A stretch of DNA of 46,535 nt from a virus (lineage: Duplodnaviria; Caudoviricetes), in IMG/VR virus record IMGVR_UViG_3300016476_000328, positions 1-46,535 of that record. One strand, 5' to 3'. A program made the translations under genes and the position numbers. Shown here piece by piece: positions 36,539-46,041 of this stretch (its first letter is position 1; each line of letters begins with the position of its first letter). The notes beneath the pieces were generated by a model. It saw nothing but the letters and a program-made list of their open reading frames with translations. It had not been told where the DNA came from and ran no database searches.

Positions 36539-39186
36539 GCTACATTGACGCAATTTACCAAAAAGAAAAAGACCTAATCAATGTGGTAGAGAGAGTTGGC
36601 GGAGAGCGCAAGTTCAGAAGCTTTCCGGCACATTATGTTTTCTACTATCCAGATCCTAAGGGACAATTTACTGCAATTGGTGGCGAACGACTAAGCAAGG
36701 TTGCCGTTGCCACGCACAAGGCATTTGAAAAGGAAAAGCGTGTCTATGGACACAAACGTCTGTACGAGAGTGACCTAAAGCCACTGAACAGATGCCTTGA
36801 AACAAACTACCTAAACGCAGAAGCACCAGAGCTTAACAAGGCATTCTTTGACATTGAAGTTGCCTTTGATGCTAAGAAGGGCTTTGCTGATCCTAGTGAT
36901 CCGTTTAATCCAATTACTGCAATATCTGTCTACTGCACATGGTTGGATCGTTTGATCACCTTAGTCATTAAACCCAACGCAATGAGTTGGGAAGATGCCA
37001 ATACCATCGTAGCACGTTTTGACAACACTGTCCTTTGTACCAACGAGGAAGAGATGTTGGACATGTTCATGACCATTATAGATGATGCAGACATTTTAAG
37101 TGGTTGGAACAGTGAAGGCTATGACATTCCTTATACTATTAACAGGATTGCCAGACTCTTGGGTGCAGATCATTGCAGGAGATTCTGTCTCTGGAACCTC
37201 AAGCCAGTTCGTAGGGAATATGAAAAATACGGTAAGACCAGTGAAACATATGACCTGATTGGTCGTGTGCATCTTGACTACCTGGAACTGTATCGCAAGT
37301 ATACCTATCATGAACTGCACACATATCGACTGGACTATGTGGGTGAGCTAGAGCTTGGCGAGAATAAGGTGCAGTACGAGGGTACACTGGACCAACTGTA
37401 CAACAATGACTTTGAGAAGTTCATTGCTTATAACAGGCAAGATACTGCCCTGCTGAAAAAGCTAGACGACAAGTTACAGTATATTGATCTAGTCAATGTG
37501 CTGGCGCATGCAAACACAGTTACTCTGCGTACCACAATGGGTGCTGTGGCTATGACTGATCAGGCTATCGTTAATGAGGCACACAGTCGTGGACTAATTG
37601 TTCCAGACAAAGATCGCAGTGCAAGCAGTGAAACGCAGGCGGCAGGTGCCTACGTTGCTTATCCTAAAAAGGGCATGCATGACTGGATTGGCTCAATGGA
37701 CTTGAACAGTCTGTATCCTAGTTTGTTGCGCGGTTTGAACATGAGTACAGAGACCATTATTGGTCAAGTGCGCCATCAACAGACACGTGATGAACTACGT
37801 GCATGGCTAGCAGAAGGCAATGGCTTCGCAGATTTCTGGGACGGTAAATTTGCCGTCTATGAGTACGACGCAATCATGCGTAAGGATAAAGGCTACATTG
37901 TTATCATTGATTGGGAAGATGGTCGCAGTGTAGAAATGAGTGCAGCGGAAGCCTATGAGGCAATTTTCCTAAGCGGTAATCCCTGGATTATGAGTGCTAA
38001 CGGCACCATCTTTACATACGAGCGCCAAGGTATTATTCCGGGTCTACTAAGTCGTTGGTATGCAGAGCGTAAAGATCTGCAGAAGAAAGCCAAGGCATGT
38101 ATTGATAATCCTAAAGAGTTTGAGTTCTGGGACAAGCGACAGTTGGTTAAAAAGATTAACTTGAACAGCTTGTACGGCGCCTTGCTTAACGCAGGTAGTA
38201 GGTTCTTTGACCAGCGTCTTGGTCAGTCAACTACATTGAGTGGTCGTTGTGTTGCCAAGCACATGGCCAGTCAGGTCAATATGTTGTTTACTGGAGAGTA
38301 TGATCACGTGGGTCAGACGATTATCTATGGTGATACTGACTCCTGTTATTTCAGCGCATACCCAGTATTCAAGAAACAGATTGAAAGTGGTGAATTTGAA
38401 TGGAACAGAGACAAAGTCATTGAGCTGTATGATGCTGTAGCGGAGCAGGTCAACGACAGTTTCCCACTGTTCATGAATCAAGCGTTCAATGCTCCTGCCA
38501 ATCTAGGCGAGATCATTAAAGCAGGTCGTGAAGTTGTTGCTAGTAAGGGCTTGTTCATTACCAAGAAGCGTTACGCAGTTCTTATCTATGATAAGGAAGG
38601 CAAACGTAAGGATAAAGATGGTAGTCCTGGTGAGATTAAGGCCATGGGTCTTGACCTGAAACGTGCTGATACTCCAGAGTATATGCAGAAGTTCTTGGAA
38701 AAGATTCTGCTGCAAGTGCTACAGGGCGAGGGTGTGAATGAGATCAATGCATCTATCAACGAGTTTAGAACGGCATTCAAGGAACGACCTGGCTATGAAA
38801 AAGGCACACCCAAGCGAGTCAACAACCTAACCAAGCACACAGAAACGTTTGAAAAGACGGGCAAGTGTGGTGTTGGTCACGCTATGGCGGCTATCAACTG
38901 GAACAGGTTTAAGAAGGCATATGGTGACAATCGCAGCATGGATATTGTTGACGGCATGAAGGTTATTGTGTGTAAGCTGAAACCTAACCCAATGGGTATC
39001 ACTAGCATTGCATATCCTATTGACGAGATGCGTTTGCCAGAATGGTTTACCAAAGAGATGCCGTTTGATGATGCGGCAATGGAGGAGACCATTATTGATA
39101 ACAAGGTGGATAACCTTATTGGCGTTCTAAACTGGGACATTAGGGCAAGCGAACAAAAGAACAGTTTTGACATGTTGTTTGGTTAA
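36535..39186 (+). CDS. family B DNA polymerase
   Basis: Exo motifs FFDIE, WNSEGYD, YNRQD; Pol motifs DLNSLYPS, KINLNSLYG, YGDTDS, KKRY. Confidence 0.97.
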   Translation: MSYIDAIYQKEKDLINVVERVGGERKFRSFPAHYVFYYPDPKGQFTAIGGERLSKVAVATHKAFEKEKRVYGHKRLYESDLKPLNRCLETNYLNAEAPELNKAFFDIEVAFDAKKGFADPSDPFNPITAISVYCTWLDRLITLVIKPNAMSWEDANTIVARFDNTVLCTNEEEMLDMFMTIIDDADILSGWNSEGYDIPYTINRIARLLGADHCRRFCLWNLKPVRREYEKYGKTSETYDLIGRVHLDYLELYRKYTYHELHTYRLDYVGELELGENKVQYEGTLDQLYNNDFEKFIAYNRQDTALLKKLDDKLQYIDLVNVLAHANTVTLRTTMGAVAMTDQAIVNEAHSRGLIVPDKDRSASSETQAAGAYVAYPKKGMHDWIGSMDLNSLYPSLLRGLNMSTETIIGQVRHQQTRDELRAWLAEGNGFADFWDGKFAVYEYDAIMRKDKGYIVIIDWEDGRSVEMSAAEAYEAIFLSGNPWIMSANGTIFTYERQGIIPGLLSRWYAERKDLQKKAKACIDNPKEFEFWDKRQLVKKINLNSLYGALLNAGSRFFDQRLGQSTTLSGRCVAKHMASQVNMLFTGEYDHVGQTIIYGDTDSCYFSAYPVFKKQIESGEFEWNRDKVIELYDAVAEQVNDSFPLFMNQAFNAPANLGEIIKAGREVVASKGLFITKKRYAVLIYDKEGKRKDKDGSPGEIKAMGLDLKRADTPEYMQKFLEKILLQVLQGEGVNEINASINEFRTAFKERPGYEKGTPKRVNNLTKHTETFEKTGKCGVGHAMAAINWNRFKKAYGDNRSMDIVDGMKVIVCKLKPNPMGITSIAYPIDEMRLPEWFTKEMPFDDAAMEETIIDNKVDNLIGVLNWDIRASEQKNSFDMLFG

Positions 39187-39230
39187 AACTTGTAGTTATT
39201 GCTATCGAGCAAAAAATAAATATTTTGACG

Positions 39231-39623
39231 ATGGCAAGCTCTACATTTTTTATTTTTGCTACTTTTGGTATATTACTAAACCTGAAACATTTCATATGCG
39301 AGTATGTACTTCAGGACGAGCACTTGTTCAACCACAGAATAAGATATGGCTCCATAAATAGTTTTATACACATTCTACACCATGCGTTTGGTACCTTGGT
39401 GGCGGGACTATTATTAGATTTCGATTTAGTCCTTATTGTAGGGTTGATCTTCATAGAAGCTATTATTCATTATCACATTGACTGGGCTATGGCACGTTAT
39501 GGTGCTAGGTCCTACAAGGATAAGAAATATTGGCAATGGCGTGGCGCCGAAGAATTCATGTATCACATCACCATAATTCTCATGATACTATTGGTGAAGT
39601 TGTACTTGACATTCCAACCTTAA
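39231..39623 (+). CDS. DUF3307-like membrane protein
   Basis: KHF.C...LQ, H..HH..GT, IHYHIDW and ..H motifs. Confidence 0.7.
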   Translation: MASSTFFIFATFGILLNLKHFICEYVLQDEHLFNHRIRYGSINSFIHILHHAFGTLVAGLLLDFDLVLIVGLIFIEAIIHYHIDWAMARYGARSYKDKKYWQWRGAEEFMYHITIILMILLVKLYLTFQP

Positions 39624-39634
39624 TATCTTATTAT
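39606..39634 (+). promoter_or_regulatory. sigma70-type promoter
   Basis: TTGACA-17 nt-TATTAT before an AAGGAG RBS. Confidence 0.7.
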
Positions 39635-39656
39635 ATCCCCATAAGGAGAACATATC

Positions 39657-40394
39657 TTGAAAGATGCGATTTTTGACATCGTTCGTCACACTGCCAGCCT
39701 CGGTTTCTTCGAGCTTGCTAAACTAACCGGTACTGGTGAGTCCACTGAAATTTGGACATGTGATGAAAAACGAAACGTGGTTCTTGAGGCAAAACTCAAG
39801 GCTCCACTAACAGAGCTAGAAGGTGAGATGGGTCTGGGTAACCTAGGTTTCCTAAACGGTATCACTGGTCTTTACAACAAAGAAGGCGCAGATGTAAGCG
39901 TTACTACAGTTGAAAAGAATGGCGAAACACTGCCTGAATACTTGGTATTCAAGGACGATGAAGGTAACAATGACCGCTATCGTCTGATGAGCAGAGAAAT
40001 CATTGATACACAGCTAACTACAAGCCGCTTCAAAGGCAGCAAGTGGGAAGTTGAATTTGAACCAAAGAAGAGCAAGGTAAGTGAAATGGCACAGAAAGCC
40101 AGCATTTACAGTGCCATCGAACCTACATTCACTGTTAAGACAGAGGACGGCAATCTAGTCTTCGTTTTTGGTAGTGATGTTGGCGGCAGTCACTTTGGTA
40201 AAATGACGTTTGCGGCAGACGTCGAAGGCAGCATGAAGGAAGGCTACGCCTGGCCTATTGACAAGTTCCTTGCTATCCTAAAACTAGGTATGGCTGGAGA
40301 GTGCACAGTAAGGTTCAGTCAGGTTGCTTGCATGATCACCATTGACAGCGGCATTGGTGTTTACAACTATATTCTCCCTGGTCATACACGATAA
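39657..40394 (+). CDS. probable DNA polymerase sliding clamp (gp45/PCNA-like)
   Basis: 245 aa, two-domain alpha/beta size and pattern, ends YNYILP, close to the polymerase; TTG start with strong RBS. Confidence 0.6.
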   Translation: MKDAIFDIVRHTASLGFFELAKLTGTGESTEIWTCDEKRNVVLEAKLKAPLTELEGEMGLGNLGFLNGITGLYNKEGADVSVTTVEKNGETLPEYLVFKDDEGNNDRYRLMSREIIDTQLTTSRFKGSKWEVEFEPKKSKVSEMAQKASIYSAIEPTFTVKTEDGNLVFVFGSDVGGSHFGKMTFAADVEGSMKEGYAWPIDKFLAILKLGMAGECTVRFSQVACMITIDSGIGVYNYILPGHTR

Positions 40395-40618
40395 TGGCTA
40401 CTCAGAAGCTAGAGCCAGTTAAAAGCAAAACATCCACAGACGAAGCCATTCTCGCCGAGCTAAAAGAACTTAACGAAACAATGAAGTTATTTTCTAAATA
40501 CCTCGGCAGGATGGATTGGAAACTATGGATGCTGATGAACATGGTTCGTCTGATAGGAGAAGAGAATGGCTACTCTTTTACAGAGTTAAATCAAGGTGAC
40601 AAGGAGTTAGAAGAATGA
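40394..40618 (+). CDS. hypothetical protein
   Basis: Shares EAIL.ELK..N...DWK.W with the next ORF. Confidence 0.7.
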   Translation: MATQKLEPVKSKTSTDEAILAELKELNETMKLFSKYLGRMDWKLWMLMNMVRLIGEENGYSFTELNQGDKELEE

Positions 40619-40920
40619 GCGACATCAACGAAGCTATTTTAGAAGAGCTTAAAAAAATTAATACCTATCTAGAAAAACTAGATTGGAAAATGTGGAACAT
40701 CCACCAAAAATATCTAGGTGCAGCGGCGCCCACAGCGGAACCCACAGAAGCAGCAAAGCCTGTAGCTAAGGCAGAAACTGTACCAGCCGCAACAGTGGCA
40801 GCAGCGGCAGAAGTGCCTAAGTTTGTGCCCAAGGTTGTTACAGCAGCAACTGATCTAGAAGACCCTCCGGTGGTCGTTATTCCGGAGATCCCCAAGTACC
40901 CATCTATCGAAAAGGCCTGA
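40615..40920 (+). CDS. hypothetical protein with Ala/Pro-rich tail
   Basis: N-terminus paralogous to ORF 40394. Confidence 0.7.
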   Translation: MSDINEAILEELKKINTYLEKLDWKMWNIHQKYLGAAAPTAEPTEAAKPVAKAETVPAATVAAAAEVPKFVPKVVTAATDLEDPPVVVIPEIPKYPSIEKA

Positions 40921-40921
40921 C

Positions 40922-41296
40922 ATGAATAAGATGATTTGGGTTACCTTCCGCAAAGAAGGCATCCACAAATATCCAGCAGCCCTGACAGATCCAAATCTTG
41001 CAACTGGTGACGAATATGATGTTAGCTTTCTAGGCTATCCTCACAGACACATATTCCACTTCAAGGTAGCTATCGAAGTGTTTCACGATGATAGAGACAT
41101 TGAGTTTATCCAGTTCAAGCGTTGGCTCGAAAACCTTTACAAAGAGGGTACACTGGCGCTAGACTATAAGAGTTGCGAGATGATTGCAGAAGATCTGTAC
41201 GCACAGATCAATAAAAAATACCCAAACAGAACTGTTTGGATTGACGTAAGTGAGGACGGTGAAAATGGATGCCACATTCAATTTGACAAAAACTAA
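40922..41296 (+). CDS. QueD/6-pyruvoyl-tetrahydropterin synthase-like T-fold protein
   Basis: GIH, HRHIFH, IEF...K, SCEMIA and VSEDGENG pattern. Confidence 0.7.
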   Translation: MNKMIWVTFRKEGIHKYPAALTDPNLATGDEYDVSFLGYPHRHIFHFKVAIEVFHDDRDIEFIQFKRWLENLYKEGTLALDYKSCEMIAEDLYAQINKKYPNRTVWIDVSEDGENGCHIQFDKN

Positions 41297-41306
41297 AGTG
41301 AAACAT

Positions 41307-41666
41307 ATGAACAACACACACCACAACGTAAGCCGTGCATTGATTCACATCAACGATGTGAAGTATGATCTGCTTAAAATTGCAGAACTTTATGATGGTG
41401 TTCTACAAGAAGGTCTGGGTCATTTGCCCACACATCTTTTTAGCATGTATCTAAATGACCTCAAAGAAGGTCGCTGGATTCATGACTACGAGATCGCTGA
41501 AACTGTTCTCAAGGAGCACAGCTACACCTATGACGTGAACATCCAGATCACAAACGATAGGACACCCAAGAAGCTGAAGATCCATGTGGGTCTTTATAAG
41601 AGCGCATGGCCTGATATCGCCGCTAACTTCAAGTACAACGAAAAAACTGGTTACCATGCTCAGTAA
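41307..41666 (+). CDS. hypothetical protein
   Basis: 119-aa ORF within the operon. Confidence 0.7.
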   Translation: MNNTHHNVSRALIHINDVKYDLLKIAELYDGVLQEGLGHLPTHLFSMYLNDLKEGRWIHDYEIAETVLKEHSYTYDVNIQITNDRTPKKLKIHVGLYKSAWPDIAANFKYNEKTGYHAQ

Positions 41667-43179
41667 AAAGACAAGAGTCGATTTATGGGAAAGGAACAAG
41701 GATTATGCCGTGTTCCTGCCTAGTATAAGCAGCTTTTACAATAGCTTTATCAGCAAACAGCATCACAGCGAGTTTGTGCCCAAGAGCAGACTGCCTGCAG
41801 AGTTTGAGAATGGCGTAGAAGGTATGAACTTCCTGAACAAGGAACAGGCATACTATTACTATCCCTGGGCTCTTTACTCTGCTGGTCACGCTCAGCTGGA
41901 CGTTGAGAAAAGCCGTACAGAAGAAAGCATGATTCACCGCAGGGACCGTAAGGAAACTATGATCCTTGGTGACTCTGGCGGATTCCAGATTGGTAACGGT
42001 CAAATTAAATTTGACTGGGAACACTTTTACGAGCAGCGAGGCGATACTGGCTACAAGGGTAACGCTGACCGTGTTCGTGATAGTATTCTTAACTGGCTTG
42101 AGGAAACTTCTGACTACGCAATGATCTTGGATATTCCAACTCGTGCAACAGAAGGTAAATTCCGTGAGCTAACCAAGATGAAGAGCTTTGGTGATGCCCT
42201 TAATGCTACTATGTTCAATAACGATTACTTTGTGCGTAACCGCCAAGGTAAGACCAAGTTCTTGAACGTGCTGCAAGGACAAAACGGCGCTGATGCTGAT
42301 ATCTGGTACGACAAAGTCAAACACTATCCTTTTGAAGGTTGGGCTATGGGTGGTCTGAACATGCGTGATGCAAACCTTGCACTACGCAGACTGATCATCA
42401 TGCGTGACGAGAAACTACTTGAACCAGGACGCGATCTTATTCACTACCTGGGCACAAGTAAGCTAGAGTGGGCTGTCCTGGCAACTGCTATGCAACGAGC
42501 TCTGCGTAAGCATGTGAATCCTAACATCACATTGACTTACGATTGCGCGAGCCCGTTTATTGCAACTGCAAAAGGTCAGGTATATACTCAGCACGTTCAT
42601 CGTAACAACCGCTTTAGTTACATCATGGACAAGGCTCTAGATGACAAACGTCTTGCAGGCAGCAAGGCACAGTGGCCCTGGAACAGTCCTGTTGGTGAAC
42701 GTATGACTATGGGCGATGTCTGCTACTATGCACCAGGTATGCTGAATAAAATCGGCAAGGAAGGTAAGACCAGCTGGGATAGCTTCAGTTACTTCCTAAT
42801 GATGGGACACAATGTATATCAACACATTGAAAGCGTTCAACGTGCTAACGCACTGACAGATGCAGCATGTGAAATGTACAAACCAGATCCTGGCACCTGG
42901 ACAAAAGGCAAGGGTGGTGAGTTTAGTCACTGGGTTCCTAAGAATCTTGTGTACATGACTGAACTTGTTAACAGGGTATTTGAGTCTGAGACTCCTATGA
43001 CAGAACTGGAACGTGCAGAAAGTTTGATTGCTGAATTTAACAGCAAGAAAACAATCAAGAGTTCTGCTGATGCGTTTAACAGTCTGTTTGAAGCTGATCT
43101 TGGCGATGACCATGATGCTGGTCAGGTTGAAGATTGGTTGGAAGAGGATGCAGACGATCTGTTAAAAGGCGTTGCATGA
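41656..43179 (+). CDS. TGT-fold transglycosylase, probably DNA 7-deazaguanine inserting (DpdA-like)
   Basis: DSGGFQ, LDIP, NVLQG, GWAMGG, HYLG and YDCASP motifs; next to a QueD-like gene. Confidence 0.75.
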   Translation: MLSKKTRVDLWERNKDYAVFLPSISSFYNSFISKQHHSEFVPKSRLPAEFENGVEGMNFLNKEQAYYYYPWALYSAGHAQLDVEKSRTEESMIHRRDRKETMILGDSGGFQIGNGQIKFDWEHFYEQRGDTGYKGNADRVRDSILNWLEETSDYAMILDIPTRATEGKFRELTKMKSFGDALNATMFNNDYFVRNRQGKTKFLNVLQGQNGADADIWYDKVKHYPFEGWAMGGLNMRDANLALRRLIIMRDEKLLEPGRDLIHYLGTSKLEWAVLATAMQRALRKHVNPNITLTYDCASPFIATAKGQVYTQHVHRNNRFSYIMDKALDDKRLAGSKAQWPWNSPVGERMTMGDVCYYAPGMLNKIGKEGKTSWDSFSYFLMMGHNVYQHIESVQRANALTDAACEMYKPDPGTWTKGKGGEFSHWVPKNLVYMTELVNRVFESETPMTELERAESLIAEFNSKKTIKSSADAFNSLFEADLGDDHDAGQVEDWLEEDADDLLKGVA

Positions 43180-44063
43180 AAAAGGCACTTGTAGTTGGAC
43201 TGGGTATGGGCACTCAATATGCCCTGTGGTTAACTGAGTTGGGCTACAATGTTTATACTGTTGACGTCGATCCAGGCAAGGCAGCATCCTATACGGATGT
43301 TGCCGTTGCGTTGGGGCATCATCCACAGTTAGACGTAGTTTATATTGGTACGCCAAACTGGACACATGAGTCTATAGCGCAACAGGTTGCCCCGCATGCA
43401 AAGCTGGTGCTGGTGGAAAAACCTGGTGTAAAGTATAGCAGCAACTGGCAACAACTGGTGGCATCATATCCTGACACCAGGATCATGATGGTTAAAAACA
43501 ATCAGTTTAGACCAGAAATCAAACGTTTTAAGCAACTGGCTGACCAGAGTGATAAAATCTATGTTCGTTGGAACAATGCCAATCGAATTCCTCATCCTGG
43601 TAGTTGGTTTACAACCAAGGAAAAGGCATTTGGTGGAGTGAGCAGAGACCTGATGCCGCACATGCTCAGTTATTATTGTGCCTTGACAGATTATCGGCAA
43701 GGTGTTAAAATAAAAGCTAAGGCAATCCAAAGTTATGAACTCAAGGATATTCATAGTACTGATTACGGCAGTGTTAATCCTAATGGCACTTACGATGTCG
43801 ATGACTTCTGTCACTTCGAGTTCAAGAACGGTAGCACCACTTGGGTTTTAAGTGCAAACTGGAAAACCAATTTGGATCATGACGATAGTAGCATTTCATT
43901 CAGTATGAAAAATTCTGCTCTGCGTCACGAACTGGGTCTGTGTCCTGCTGAAGCATACAAGGCTATGATCCAGGAGGCAATGGACAACTTGGATAATAAC
44001 AACTTCTGGCAAAAACAGTTAGACCAGGATCTTTGGATTCATCAACAAATAGAAAACTTATGA
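43176..44063 (+). CDS. Gfo/Idh/MocA-family NAD(P) oxidoreductase
   Basis: VVGLGMG, IGTPNWTH, VEKP and GG...DLMPH motifs. Confidence 0.88.
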   Translation: MKKALVVGLGMGTQYALWLTELGYNVYTVDVDPGKAASYTDVAVALGHHPQLDVVYIGTPNWTHESIAQQVAPHAKLVLVEKPGVKYSSNWQQLVASYPDTRIMMVKNNQFRPEIKRFKQLADQSDKIYVRWNNANRIPHPGSWFTTKEKAFGGVSRDLMPHMLSYYCALTDYRQGVKIKAKAIQSYELKDIHSTDYGSVNPNGTYDVDDFCHFEFKNGSTTWVLSANWKTNLDHDDSSISFSMKNSALRHELGLCPAEAYKAMIQEAMDNLDNNNFWQKQLDQDLWIHQQIENL

Positions 44064-44962
44064 ACAGAGTGCTAGTTACAACAGGTAAGGGCGAGTTTAA
44101 AGAAGAGTTTTATGACCTTCCCGCACTGCTTGATGATGATTCCATTTTTGTGCGATCTGTGATGACGGGTGTCTGTCGCAGTGATATAGACATGATGCAG
44201 GGTAACTTTGGTCCGTTGCCCAAGCACATGCAGGGCCATGAAGGTTTGGCCAAAGTAGTAAAGGTAGGTAGAAATGTCAAAGACGTCAAAGCAGGCGACT
44301 ATGTCGCAACCCGAGGTGAACCCGCATATGCCGACGAATACATTGTTCGTGCTAGAGAATATGTTCGCGTTCCAGAGGCTCATCCTAGATATATCCTTGA
44401 GCCCGTGGCTTGCGGCATCAATGTGGTTTCTCAACCCATACGTGAAATCGCAGAACGAAGTGGTCCAGGACGAAAACTCCTGATACTTGGCAGTGGGTTC
44501 CTCGCCTGGGTGGCCTACAATACCCTACTGCTCAACCATTTAGATTTTGAAATCACTGTTGTTGGCTCCAGTAATAAGGAGTTATGGGGCGATAAATTAC
44601 AACCATATTATGGTGGCAAATATGATGTTGTAATCGATCTAAGCCCACGTAATGATGTTTTCTTTTTGGACATACTTAATAATGAAGCACTCGTTGTTAT
44701 GGGCGTTGAAAAAGAAATAACCACATCATTCAATACCTTGCTTTGGAAAGCATGTACTATGGTGTTCCCCAGCCCTCGCACTGATAAGTTCTATAAGTGT
44801 ATGCAGGATGCGGAATACTGGATTACGAATGGCGACTTAAACGTTGACAGCTTCTGGAGCAAAGGCTACAATAGAGATACAGAGTGGCGTCAGGCTTTTT
44901 TAGATGGCGTTGTTAGACCTGCTGGTTACAGCAGGGGTTATATAAAGTGGAACAATGTCTAA
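44060..44962 (+). CDS. zinc-binding (MDR) dehydrogenase
   Basis: GVCRSD, GHEG, V..GD.V, EPVAC and ILGSGF motifs. Confidence 0.88.
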   Translation: MNRVLVTTGKGEFKEEFYDLPALLDDDSIFVRSVMTGVCRSDIDMMQGNFGPLPKHMQGHEGLAKVVKVGRNVKDVKAGDYVATRGEPAYADEYIVRAREYVRVPEAHPRYILEPVACGINVVSQPIREIAERSGPGRKLLILGSGFLAWVAYNTLLLNHLDFEITVVGSSNKELWGDKLQPYYGGKYDVVIDLSPRNDVFFLDILNNEALVVMGVEKEITTSFNTLLWKACTMVFPSPRTDKFYKCMQDAEYWITNGDLNVDSFWSKGYNRDTEWRQAFLDGVVRPAGYSRGYIKWNNV

Positions 44963-46037
44963 TATATTTTTAGTTGATTTAGAAGCAGTAGAAACACGCT
45001 ATACTGGGCAATGGAAAACCCATGTGCCTGAACTACTTAGAAAGGCAGGACACAATGTGGAAGTCATATCTGGACGCCAAGATATACCTAGCGCAACGAC
45101 TCCAGGTGCGTTTCTCAACTTTGGTGGAACGAACATCTACAAAGCTAACCAAGTTGAAAGAATGGGTGAGCTATTTTGCGCCGGAGCAGTTAAGCCTGGT
45201 GATCATTTTCTGTTTACTGATGCTTGGCACCCTGGTATCATAAACCTCAAATACATGAGCGAGCTTCTTGGCATCCCGGTCAAGATTCACGCACTGTGGC
45301 ATGCTGGTAGTTATGATCCGCAGGACTTCTTGGGTCGCTTAATTGGTCCTGCACCTTGGGTTAGACACGCAGAGAAGTCTTTCTACTCTGCTGTGGACTA
45401 TAACTGGTTTGCTACAGACTTTCATATCGACATGTTTGGTAAGAACTTGCTAGACTGGACGCACGATATGGGAGGTATGAACACAAAACAGTTGAATGAT
45501 CATGGAATATATAGAACAGGCTGGCCCATGGAATACATGGGCGACACGCTGCAACTGTATAAGGGCATGAAGAAACGTAACCTCATCCTGTTTCCGCACC
45601 GTATTGCGCCTGAGAAGCAGGTAGAGATCTTTAGGGATCTAAAAGAACACTTGCCCCAATATGAGTTTGTTGTCTGCCAAGACCAGCAGTTGACAAAGAA
45701 CGAATATCATAATTTGCTAGGAGAATCCAAGTTAGTCTTTAGTGCAAACTTGCAAGAGACTCTGGGCATTAGTTGGTACGAGGGGGCACTGGTGGACGCT
45801 ATTCCTATGGTGCCTGACCGCCTAAGCTATTCTGAAATGGCGCACGATGCGTTCAAGTATCCAAGTGACTGGACTGTGAACTTTGACGCCTATGTAGAGC
45901 ACAGGCAAGAAATTTGTGACAGAATTATCCAATACATGGAAAACTATGACAAGTTCTTGCCACAACTTAAGAAACAAACACAAGACCTCGCTGAAAACTT
46001 CTTTAGTGCAGGCGCACTGTTACGTGAATTAAAATAA
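44955..46037 (+). CDS. GT-B glycosyltransferase-like protein
   Basis: FPHRIAPEKQ, QETLGISWYEG and P.RLSYSE resemble the GT4 nucleotide-sugar binding region. Confidence 0.75.
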   Translation: MSNIFLVDLEAVETRYTGQWKTHVPELLRKAGHNVEVISGRQDIPSATTPGAFLNFGGTNIYKANQVERMGELFCAGAVKPGDHFLFTDAWHPGIINLKYMSELLGIPVKIHALWHAGSYDPQDFLGRLIGPAPWVRHAEKSFYSAVDYNWFATDFHIDMFGKNLLDWTHDMGGMNTKQLNDHGIYRTGWPMEYMGDTLQLYKGMKKRNLILFPHRIAPEKQVEIFRDLKEHLPQYEFVVCQDQQLTKNEYHNLLGESKLVFSANLQETLGISWYEGALVDAIPMVPDRLSYSEMAHDAFKYPSDWTVNFDAYVEHRQEICDRIIQYMENYDKFLPQLKKQTQDLAENFFSAGALLRELK

Positions 46038-46041
46038 GTGA

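Noticed and set aside
36535-39186. Intein or intron in the DNA polymerase
   Set aside because: Continuous 883-aa ORF with normally ordered motifs and no C...HN splice signature
2406-45243. Numerous 60-200 aa minus-strand and alternate-frame ORFs in the track (e.g. 28848-29438, 5644-6120, 3711-4190)
   Set aside because: They are shadows of well-supported + strand genes, with no RBS or motifs
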